From positions 1 to 44,075 of the forward strand of contig DASRZO010000241.1 of NCBI GenBank assembly GCA_035686405.1: 44,075 nt of DNA, read 5' to 3'. Under the pieces are notes generated by a model. That model did no database searches. It was not told the DNA's origin and saw only the letters and a list, made by a program, of their open reading frames with translations. This DNA comes from Pseudomonadales bacterium (GTDB lineage Bacteria; Pseudomonadota; Gammaproteobacteria; Pseudomonadales; Azotimanducaceae). Positions 16,710 to 24,256 of the stretch are shown here, in pieces. A program made the position numbers and the translations under genes. Every line of letters begins with the position of its first letter. Position 1 is the first letter of the stretch.

Positions 16710-17600
16710 TCAACGCCGCGCGACGGCCTCGAGCAGGCGCTCGCGCGCCCACGCGATGTCGCCCTCCTGATCGTTGTCTCTGCGCCAATACAGCATCAGC
16801 TCGAGTGTCGCTTCGAACGGCAGGCGCCGCGCCGCGACGTCGTAGCGCTGCACGAGCGATTGCGGCGCGATCAACGCGAGATCCGTCGCCATCACGACGT
16901 GGAACGCCGGCGCGAAGTGCGGAAAACGCATCATCGGGCGCAGCCGGTGGCCGAGCCTGCTCAAGATCAGATCGACCACGGTGCGGCCGGCTTTGCGGCT
17001 CGACACCGCCACGTGATCGAGTTGCACGAGCTGTTCGACGCCGAATCGGCGCTTTGCCAACGGATGACGGCGGCGCAAGGCACACACGTAGCGATCGAAC
17101 ATGAACGGCGCGTATTGCAGTTCCGGCCTGCTCAGTGCCGCGATGTCGATCGCGAAATCGAGCCGACCGGCCGCGAGCTCGGATGGGATCGAGGCGCGAT
17201 CGATCTGATGGAAGTAGAAGCGCACGCCGGGCGCGGAACATTCGAGTTGTTTGGCGAGGTTCGGCGCGATCGCCGAGGCGGCCATGTCGCGCAGCGAGAC
17301 GTTGAACACGCGGTCGGTCGACTCGGGATCGAACGGCCGGCCGCGGTCGAGCCCCGACTTCAAACGTGCGAGTGATTCGCGCACCGGGCCGATCAAGAGC
17401 TCGGCGGCGGGCGTCGGCGTCATGCCGCGGCCGGAACGCACGAACAACGGATCGCCGAACGCGGCGCGAAGGCGCGCCAGCGCGTTGCTGACGGCGGGCT
17501 GCGTGACGTGCAGCGCTTCGCTCGCGCGCGTCAGGCTGCGCTCGAGGTAGATCGCCTCGAAGACCGGCAACAGATTCAAATCGAGTGCGCGTAGATTCAT
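16710..17600 (-). CDS. LysR-family transcriptional regulator
   Basis: N-terminal wHTH (LNLLPVFEAIYLERSLTRASEALHVTQPAVSNALARLR) followed by a LysR substrate-binding domain. Divergent from the ACAD gene. Confidence 0.88.
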   Translation of the reverse strand: MNLRALDLNLLPVFEAIYLERSLTRASEALHVTQPAVSNALARLRAAFGDPLFVRSGRGMTPTPAAELLIGPVRESLARLKSGLDRGRPFDPESTDRVFNVSLRDMAASAIAPNLAKQLECSAPGVRFYFHQIDRASIPSELAAGRLDFAIDIAALSRPELQYAPFMFDRYVCALRRRHPLAKRRFGVEQLVQLDHVAVSSRKAGRTVVDLILSRLGHRLRPMMRFPHFAPAFHVVMATDLALIAPQSLVQRYDVAARRLPFEATLELMLYWRRDNDQEGDIAWARERLLEAVARR

Positions 17601-17627
17601 CGGCGTGCCGCGAAGCGACGGATCTTT

Positions 17628-17644
17628 ATATCACCGGGCGATAT
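17628..17644. promoter_or_regulatory. Candidate LysR-type operator in the LysR/ACAD divergent region
   Basis: Inverted repeat ATATC-N7-GATAT, which contains a T-N11-A element. It lies 28 nt upstream of the LysR start codon. Confidence 0.35.
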
Positions 17645-17745
17645 CATCGGGCGTGATGACCGATTCAGCGGAAATTGATTTCCCTTATGCCGGCTCCGTC
17701 GGCATCCTAACCGGGTAGCAATCCAGACATCTGCGGGGGAACGAC

Positions 17746-18981
17746 ATGGCGATCGATTTCGATATTCCCGAGGACGCAAAGGCGATCCGGGTGCGCGTTC
17801 GACAGTGGGTACACGACGAATGCGTGCCGGCGGAGAAAGAGCTGCTCGCCGGCGGCGACTACAAAACGATTCTCGGCAAGCTGCGCACGAAGGCGCGCGC
17901 GCAAGGCCTGTGGTGCCCGTTCATTCCGAAGGAATACGGCGGGATGGGCCTCGGGCCGCTCGCGAACGCACTCGTGCAGATGGAGCTCGGCGAGAGTTAT
18001 CTCGGCGCGCTGTCGATGAACACGCAAGGTCCCGACGATGCGACGATGATGACGTTGCTCGAACACGGCACGCCGCATCAGAAGGAGAAATTCCTGAAGC
18101 CGCTGCTGAACGGCGAGAAGCGCATTTGTTACTCGATGACCGAGAAGGCCGCGGGCGCCGATGCAACCGGCATGCAGACGCGCGCCGACCGCAAGGGCAA
18201 CGACGCGTACGTGTTGAACGGCGAAAAGTGGTTCTCGTCGGCCGCGAGCGTCGCGGACATCGCGCTCGTGATGGCGAAGACCGATCCGAACGCGCCCCGC
18301 CACAAACAGTTCTCGACGTTCTTGGTCGAGTTGCCGAACCCCGGCTACAAGATCAAGCGCGACATTCCGACGATGGCGCTCGAAGGTCCGCTGTCGCACA
18401 TCTTGGGTGGCGGTCACGCCGAGGTCGAAATCAAGAACCTCGAAGTGCCGGCGGAGAACCTGCTCGGCGGCGAAGGTAACGGTTTCAACATGGGCCAGCA
18501 TCGCCTCGCGTACGGGCGTTTGCGCCACGGCATGCACAACGTCGCGATGGCGCAGCGCGCGCTCGACATGGCGACCGCGCACGTCACGCAGCGCACGACG
18601 TTCGGCAAGAAGCTCGACGAGCGGCAAGCGGTGCAGTTCATGCTGGCCGAATGCGCGAGCCAGCTGTACATCGCGCGGCTGATGTTGATGCACATCGCGT
18701 ACAAGGCCGAGAACAAGCTGGACATCCGGCAAGAGAACGGCATCGCCAAGGTGTTCCTCGCGAACATGGTGCACAAGGTCGTCGACACGGCGATCCAGCT
18801 GCACGGCGCACTCGGCTATTCGCGCGACACGCCCCTCGCCGCGTGGTACACGCACATCCGCTCGCAACGTCTCGTCGACGGCCCGGACGAGGTCCACAAG
18901 TGGACGACCGGCCGCAACGTCATCAAGGCGTTCAAGGCGAACGGCACGACCGCTGCCGCCTGCGGCGGCGATCTGCTGTAA
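17746..18981 (+). CDS. Acyl-CoA dehydrogenase family protein (ACAD10/11 C-terminal-domain type)
   Basis: 411-aa ACAD fold (CYSMTEKAAGADAT, NGEKWFSS, RLVDGPDEVHKWTTGR). GGGGGAAC RBS. Confidence 0.88.
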   Translation: MAIDFDIPEDAKAIRVRVRQWVHDECVPAEKELLAGGDYKTILGKLRTKARAQGLWCPFIPKEYGGMGLGPLANALVQMELGESYLGALSMNTQGPDDATMMTLLEHGTPHQKEKFLKPLLNGEKRICYSMTEKAAGADATGMQTRADRKGNDAYVLNGEKWFSSAASVADIALVMAKTDPNAPRHKQFSTFLVELPNPGYKIKRDIPTMALEGPLSHILGGGHAEVEIKNLEVPAENLLGGEGNGFNMGQHRLAYGRLRHGMHNVAMAQRALDMATAHVTQRTTFGKKLDERQAVQFMLAECASQLYIARLMLMHIAYKAENKLDIRQENGIAKVFLANMVHKVVDTAIQLHGALGYSRDTPLAAWYTHIRSQRLVDGPDEVHKWTTGRNVIKAFKANGTTAAACGGDLL

Positions 18982-19008
18982 GCGGTCCGATCTAGGCTGA
19001 ATTCACGG

Positions 19009-19043
19009 ACGTTCGTCGGTCGCGCGGTGCGACCGACGAACGT
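19009..19043. terminator. Strong stem-loop between convergent ACAD and BVMO genes (bidirectional terminator candidate)
   Basis: Perfect 15-bp stem ACGTTCGTCGGTCGC / GCGACCGACGAACGT with a 5-nt loop (GCGGT). Confidence 0.65.
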
Positions 19044-19060
19044 GCGCCTCCGTCAGGTCG

Positions 19061-20881
19061 TCAGCCGAGCTCGAGTCCTGCCAAGTCGCCGCTCTCGCGC
19101 CACTTCGCGAGCAACGCGTTGAACGCGTTCGCACCGGGCGCGTACGACTCGCCGTTCAAGCCGCCGCCGCGCTCCACGAGCTTTCCTTCGTTGTTGTAGT
19201 AGCCCGGCGTGCAGGCGTCGAAGAATGCGGCATTGCTGACCGCGAGCCGACGGATTTCGGCCACCCAGGCCGCTTCCGCTTCGGCCGTCGGCTCCGAGAA
19301 CCGCGCACCGCGCGACATCACTTCTTTGATGATGTAACCGATGTGCTGCGCCTGATCGTCGAGCATCGACGTCAGGTTCACCGACAACCCGTTCTGCGAC
19401 AGCCCCATCAGGAAACAGTTGGGGAAACCGTGGCTCGAGAAGCCGTGCAGGGTCTTCATGCCGCTCGCCCAGTAGTCGCTCAGAAGCACGCCATTGCGAC
19501 CGACGATGTCGTAGCCGGCGCGCCGCGTCCACGCCGTGCCGACTTCGAAGCCGGTCGCGAAGATGATGCAGTCGACTTCGTATTCGACGCCGTTGGCGAT
19601 CACGCTGTTCTTCGTGATGCGCTCGACGCCGTGCGATTCGCTCGTGTCGACCAACATCACGTTCGGCCGATTGAACGTCGGCAGGTATTCGTCGTTGAAC
19701 GTCGGACGCTTGCAGAACTGCCGGTACCAGGGCTTCAGCACCTCCGCGGTGTCGTGGTCGTGGACGGTTTCATCGACGCGCGCGCGGATACCGTTCATTT
19801 TCTTGAAGTCGGCGAGCTCGGCGAGCATGGCCGCTTCTTCCGGCGACACGTTCGCGCCCGGAGTGCGCGGAATCATCGAAGCGAGGTTGCGGAAGATCTC
19901 GGTCCAGCCGTCGTTGACGAGGTCTTCTTTGACGGCCTGGCCCGTAAACATCGAATTGAAGTTCTCGCGCCGCTCGCGCTGCCAACCGGGTTTCAGCGAT
20001 TTGGCCCAATTCATGTCGGTCGGTTTGTTGCCGCGCAGATCGACCGACGACGGCGTGCGTTGAAAGACGTACAGACGTTTCGCGTGCGCGCCGACGTGCG
20101 GGACGCATTGAATGGCCGTCGCGCCGGTACCGATGATCGCAACTCGTTTGTCGGCGAGCTTCGTCAGACCGCCGCTGTGATTGCCGCCGGTGTAGTCGTA
20201 GTCCCAGCGACTCGTATGGAAGGTGTGCCCTTCGAAGTCCTCGATGCCGGGGATCGCCGGCAGCTTCGGCCGGTTCAGCGGACCGGTCGCCATCACGACG
20301 AAGCGCGCCTTCATCGCGTCGTTGCGATTGGTCGAGACGATCCATCGAGCCGACGGTTCGTCCCATTTCAGATGGGTCACCTTGGTCTGGAAGCAGGCCG
20401 CGTCGTATAAGTCGAACGTGCGCGCGATGCGCTGCGAGTGTTCGTAGATCTCGGGTGCGAACGAGTACTTCTCTTTCGGCACGTAGCCGAGTTCTTCGAG
20501 CAGCGGCAGGTAGCAATAGGACTCGATGTCGCATTGGGCGCCCGGGTACCGGTTCCAGTACCACGTACCGCCGAAATCGCCGCCGGCCTCGATGATGCGG
20601 ATGTCGTTGATGCCGAGTTCCCGGAAGCGCGCGCCGGCGAGCAGTCCGCCGAATCCGCCGCCGATGATCACGACGTCGACCTCGTCCGTCAGCGGTTCTC
20701 GCACGTACCCGGGCGCGACGTACGGATCGTCCACGAAGTGGGCGAACTTGCCGGTGACCTCGATGTACTGATCGTTGCCGTCAGGGCGTAGGCGCTTGTC
20801 GCGCTCGGCACGGTATCTGTCGCGCAATGCGTCGGGGTCGAAGCCCAAGTTCGAGTACTGCGTTTTCAACGTGTTGTTCAT
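19061..20881 (-). CDS. Type I Baeyer-Villiger monooxygenase (FAD/NADPH-dependent)
   Basis: 606 aa with Rossmann motifs GGGFGG and GTGATA and the BVMO fingerprint FEGHTFHTSRWD (FxGxxxHxxxWD). GAGGAGGA RBS. Confidence 0.88.
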   Translation of the reverse strand: MNNTLKTQYSNLGFDPDALRDRYRAERDKRLRPDGNDQYIEVTGKFAHFVDDPYVAPGYVREPLTDEVDVVIIGGGFGGLLAGARFRELGINDIRIIEAGGDFGGTWYWNRYPGAQCDIESYCYLPLLEELGYVPKEKYSFAPEIYEHSQRIARTFDLYDAACFQTKVTHLKWDEPSARWIVSTNRNDAMKARFVVMATGPLNRPKLPAIPGIEDFEGHTFHTSRWDYDYTGGNHSGGLTKLADKRVAIIGTGATAIQCVPHVGAHAKRLYVFQRTPSSVDLRGNKPTDMNWAKSLKPGWQRERRENFNSMFTGQAVKEDLVNDGWTEIFRNLASMIPRTPGANVSPEEAAMLAELADFKKMNGIRARVDETVHDHDTAEVLKPWYRQFCKRPTFNDEYLPTFNRPNVMLVDTSESHGVERITKNSVIANGVEYEVDCIIFATGFEVGTAWTRRAGYDIVGRNGVLLSDYWASGMKTLHGFSSHGFPNCFLMGLSQNGLSVNLTSMLDDQAQHIGYIIKEVMSRGARFSEPTAEAEAAWVAEIRRLAVSNAAFFDACTPGYYNNEGKLVERGGGLNGESYAPGANAFNALLAKWRESGDLAGLELG

Positions 20882-20899
20882 GCGGTCCTCCTCACCCCA

Positions 20900-20913
20900 A
20901 ATTCACGTGAATT
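20900..20913. promoter_or_regulatory. Perfect 14-bp palindrome AATTCACGTGAATT just upstream of the BVMO RBS (candidate operator)
   Basis: Read directly. It lies 19-32 nt upstream of the BVMO ATG (20881, minus strand), next to the RBS. Confidence 0.4.
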
Positions 20914-21475
20914 AGCACGGTATGGGTATCACGCTGGCCGCCGGTGACGCAACGTGGGACCCCGCCAATGGCTACGCAAAATCCGAATATGAAACGCTGC
21001 GGCGGAACGCCGACGGCTCGGCTCCGGGCGCGGCTTTCGAACTCCAACGAGCGGACAGGCGACCCATCGACAGGCGTCGAGGTGACGGTGGTCGGAGCCA
21101 ATGGCCGATCGCCGTCCTCATAGCGGAATCGATGCACGCGGTGGGAGCGAAGGCGGTCACAGCGGGCAACAGGCCCGACGAACGGCTGCGGCAGCTCAGA
21201 ATCAAGGACTTCCGAGCGCCATCTAGATTGCTGCGTCGCAAAATGAAATCGATTGAACGCGTGGGGTCTTAGACTGGTTTTGAATCAATGAGGCCATTTT
21301 AATGGATCGTATACGTCGAATGCTCGGATTCACTGCTTCAGTGCGTAAGGACTCATTTACTTTTGGCGTCTACGTTACATGCATGAAACAGTTTGGTAGG
21401 TGGCCGATGGCTAGCCTGCGGTTCTGCTAGTGACGCAGTGCAGTTAGAATGCGCCAGACCAGGGGGATCCAAAAC

Positions 21476-22138
21476 GTGCAAATCAGTGTGAAGAACACCG
21501 TAGGCGAACGTTTGATTACAGGGATTCGGCAGACGTTGGTTCGTATTCCAGTCTTAGTACGCGCGCAGATCGCGATGCTTTTTGCAGCGTCGTTTGCGTG
21601 CTCGGCGGTCGTCTTGCTTGCGGGCGATCGCGGTATCGAACGTGAGCCGTTCGCGGTGCCGGCGACGTTGTTCGCGCAGGCGACGTGGAACGACGAGGTG
21701 ACGGGCTTCGCAAAGCGCCTGCACAAGGCGCTCGGCGTACAGCGGGCGACTGCGGCCGAGTTCGCCGGCTGGATCTTGGAGGCAGCGAAGCGCCAAGGGC
21801 TATCGCCGGAACTGCTGGCGAGCGTCGTCTTCACGGAGAGCTCGTTCCGTAAAGACGTGACCTCTGAGATGGGCGCGATCGGTCCGGCGCAAGTGAAGCC
21901 GTACTGGAGCATGTTCTGCGGCAACGCGAACTTGGCGGATCCGGCGGAGAACATCTCCTGTGGCGCGCAGATCCTCGCGCACTACCGCGATCTGTGCGGT
22001 GGCGAGCAATGCGCGCTGTCGGCATACAACGTCGGCCTGAAGAACCATCAGGACGATGCGTTCTACCAAGAGGCGGGTCTGCGCTACGCGCGCACCATCG
22101 ACCGCCACGTGTCGCGTCTCGGCAAGACGATTCTCTAA
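21476..22138 (+). CDS. Lytic transglycosylase (SLT domain) protein, membrane-anchored
   Basis: SLT motifs FTESSF (catalytic Glu-Ser), GPAQV and SAYNVG, with an N-terminal TM segment IAMLFAASFACSAVVLLAG. GTG 21476 lies 8 nt after GGGGGA. The ORF-track start ATG 21449 overlaps a TAGAAT -10-like hexamer. Confidence 0.7.
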   Translation: MQISVKNTVGERLITGIRQTLVRIPVLVRAQIAMLFAASFACSAVVLLAGDRGIEREPFAVPATLFAQATWNDEVTGFAKRLHKALGVQRATAAEFAGWILEAAKRQGLSPELLASVVFTESSFRKDVTSEMGAIGPAQVKPYWSMFCGNANLADPAENISCGAQILAHYRDLCGGEQCALSAYNVGLKNHQDDAFYQEAGLRYARTIDRHVSRLGKTIL

Positions 22139-22158
22139 CCCAGACCTTCCAGTGGGTC

Positions 22159-22187
22159 GAAGCGGCGCGTCGGGTGCGCGCCGCTTC
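22159..22187 (+). terminator. Stem-loop downstream of the SLT gene
   Basis: Perfect 11-bp stem GAAGCGGCGCG / CGCGCCGCTTC with a 7-nt loop. No T-tract. Confidence 0.5.
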
Positions 22188-22244
22188 GCCGCACCCTCTG
22201 TCGTCTGTTAGGCTCTACCGCCTCACTAGGGTGGAGGGTTGCTC

Positions 22245-22673
22245 GTGTTTGTACGCCGTTCGACGATGTTCACGATGTTCGCTGCCGCGTTGACGCTGTC
22301 CGCCGCGGCGGTGATGGCCGAAGAAGCCGCTGCGCCGGCCGGCGCGCCGCCGGCTGGGACCGCGGCGGCTCCCGTTCAGTTGCCGCCGTGGGTGACGCCC
22401 GATCTGATCAAGGCGACCCAAGCCATCAATCTCACGCCGGAGCAGAATCCGAAATTCCAACAGATCGTCGGCGACTACGTCACCGCGCATTACGCGATGA
22501 TTCAGAAGGAAATGAAGCGCAACAATGCCGCCAACCTCGATATGACGATCCGTAGCAAGGACAAGGCCCTCATTCACAAGATGGACGACGAGTTGAAGGG
22601 CGGCGTCCTCACGGACGCGCAGTGGCCTGCCTACGAGAACTACAAAAAGGTTCTCGCGTCCGGCTTGAAGTAG
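22245..22673 (+). CDS. Secreted LTXXQ-motif protein (CpxP/Spy-like periplasmic protein)
   Basis: Signal peptide (M)FVRRSTMFTMFAAALTLSAAAVMA, two LTXXQ motifs (LTPEQ, LTDAQ) and a helical K/E/Q-rich mature part. GTG 22245 lies 7 nt after GGAGG (the ORF track uses TTG 22239). Confidence 0.5.
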   Translation: MFVRRSTMFTMFAAALTLSAAAVMAEEAAAPAGAPPAGTAAAPVQLPPWVTPDLIKATQAINLTPEQNPKFQQIVGDYVTAHYAMIQKEMKRNNAANLDMTIRSKDKALIHKMDDELKGGVLTDAQWPAYENYKKVLASGLK

Positions 22674-22686
22674 CGACGTCGCACGA

Positions 22687-23559
22687 ATGACCTCGTTCGG
22701 CGTTCTGATGTTTCCGACCGACTATGCGATTGCGCCGCACGTGCTCGCATCGGAGGCGGAGGCGCGCGGCTTCGAGTCGGTGTTCTTCCCGGAGCACACC
22801 CACATTCCCGCGAGCCGCAAGACGCCGTGGCCGGGCGGCGCCGAGTTGCCCCGCGAGTACTCGCATACGCACGACCCGTTCGTCGCGTTGACCGCCGCTG
22901 CCGCGGTCACGAAGACGATCAAGCTCGCGACCGGCATCTGCCTCGTCACCGAGCGCGATCCGATCTTGATGGCAAAGCAGGTGGCGTCGCTCGATCTGCT
23001 GTCGGGTGGCCGGGTCGTGCTCGGCATCGGCGCTGGTTGGAACGTCGAAGAGATGGCGAACCACGGCGTCGCGTTCGGGACGCGCTGGAAAGTCACGCGC
23101 GAGCGGGTGCTCGCGATGCGGCGTATCTGGACCGACGACGCGGCCGAGTATCACGGCGAGTTCGTCGACTTCGATCCGATCTGGTCCTATCCGAAGCCGC
23201 AACGTCCGGGTGGGCCGCCGATCCTGCTCGGGGCATCGTCGCGTTGGTGCTGGCAGCGGATTGGGGAGTATTGCGACGGCTGGATGCCGATCCATCAAGA
23301 CGCGCGCCGGGCGCAGGCGTCGGGCGGCATCGACTATCGCGACGGTGTCGCGCGCACACGGGAGGCGTGGCAGCAAGCGGGGCGCGCCGGATCGCCGGAT
23401 TTCTCGATCTTCGGCGTGCCGCCGAATCCGAGTCGCATCGAAGAGTTGATCGGGTTCGGTTTCGATCGCCTCGTGTTCGGGCTGCCGCCGGCCGATCCGG
23501 ATACCGTCATTCCGCTGCTCGACCGGCTCGCCGAAGTGGCCGGATCGTTCGCTTCCTAA
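22687..23559 (+). CDS. LLM-class F420-dependent-type oxidoreductase (Rv2161c/TIGR03619-like)
   Basis: 290 aa with FGVLMFPTDY...FESVFFPEHTHIP...KLATGICLVTERDP...GGRVVLGIGAGWN.EE, the pattern I recognise for this subfamily. Confidence 0.8.
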   Translation: MTSFGVLMFPTDYAIAPHVLASEAEARGFESVFFPEHTHIPASRKTPWPGGAELPREYSHTHDPFVALTAAAAVTKTIKLATGICLVTERDPILMAKQVASLDLLSGGRVVLGIGAGWNVEEMANHGVAFGTRWKVTRERVLAMRRIWTDDAAEYHGEFVDFDPIWSYPKPQRPGGPPILLGASSRWCWQRIGEYCDGWMPIHQDARRAQASGGIDYRDGVARTREAWQQAGRAGSPDFSIFGVPPNPSRIEELIGFGFDRLVFGLPPADPDTVIPLLDRLAEVAGSFAS

Positions 23560-23797
23560 CGAACCCCTCGAGGGGCGACTCAGCGCTGCTCCGACGGAGT
23601 CGCCAACGACTCGCCCTTTGCCGAACCAGCGTCACGGTGTTGCACGGGCACGATGGCGGAAGTGCCGCGTGCGGGTGCACCGCCGCGCAACCGCGGACGG
23701 CCGGATCGCGCGATTCGCGTGGTTTTTCATTCAGATCCGGTTCAGTCGCGTTCGCCTAACTTGAACATCGCCACATCGGCATTTTCAGGAGATGGCA

Positions 23798-24145
23798 ATG
23801 TTGAAGCACGCCTTAGCAGTTTTGGTCATCGGCGCAGCGTCTGCGACATCTGTCGCGGCGAACGCAGACTGGAACGGCGCGGCGCGTTATGCGCCTCCAC
23901 CGCATGTCGTTGCGCCGCATTACTGCCCGCCGAACCGGTGGGCCGCGCCGACCGCCTATCACTGGGCACCGGCGCCGTACTACGCACCGTACCGTTATGC
24001 GCCGTATCGTTACGAACCGCCGTACGGGTATTCGAACCACGGCTGGCGGAAGGTCTGGCGTCAGGACCGCTTCGATCATGGTCCGAATCACGGCTGGAAC
24101 GGCCCGGACCACGGCAACGAGCGCGGCGATTGGCACAACCACTGA
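23798..24145 (+). CDS. Small secreted Pro/Tyr/His/Trp-rich repeat protein of unknown function
   Basis: Signal peptide MLKHALAVLVIGAASATSVAANA, then YAPPPHVVAPHYCPP...YYAPYRYAPYRYEPPYGYSNHGWRKVW...HGPNHGWNGPDHGNERGDWHNH. AGGAG lies 7 nt before ATG 23798, and a rho-independent terminator follows. Confidence 0.5.
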   Translation: MLKHALAVLVIGAASATSVAANADWNGAARYAPPPHVVAPHYCPPNRWAAPTAYHWAPAPYYAPYRYAPYRYEPPYGYSNHGWRKVWRQDRFDHGPNHGWNGPDHGNERGDWHNH

Positions 24146-24163
24146 TCGTCGATTCCAAGCCAC

Positions 24164-24190
24164 GGGGCGGCATTTGCCGCCCCGTTTTTT
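24164..24190 (+). terminator. Rho-independent terminator
   Basis: GGGGCGGC-ATTT-GCCGCCCC followed by G-TTTTTT, 19 nt after the stop codon at 24145. Confidence 0.75.
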
Positions 24191-24256
24191 CGAGCTTCGT
24201 GTAAACTCCCGCGCCCCGCGCATTCCCCAGGCGCGCATCGACGCGGCTCGAAAACG

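Noticed and set aside
20922-21272. A 116-aa plus-strand ORF (and minus-strand ORFs 20892..21137 and 20972..21241) in the long BVMO/SLT intergenic region
   Set aside because: There is no RBS and no family resemblance. Frequent rare codons (AGG, AGA, ATA, CGA) do not fit the local usage. At most this is a decayed gene remnant, so it is reported only as part of the intergenic finding.
21302-21430. A 42-codon ORF (MDRIRRMLGF...SLRFC) in the AT-rich patch
   Set aside because: There is no Shine-Dalgarno sequence. It is not hydrophobic enough for a type I toxin, and an ORF of this length is expected by chance. I mention it in the finding but do not call it a gene.
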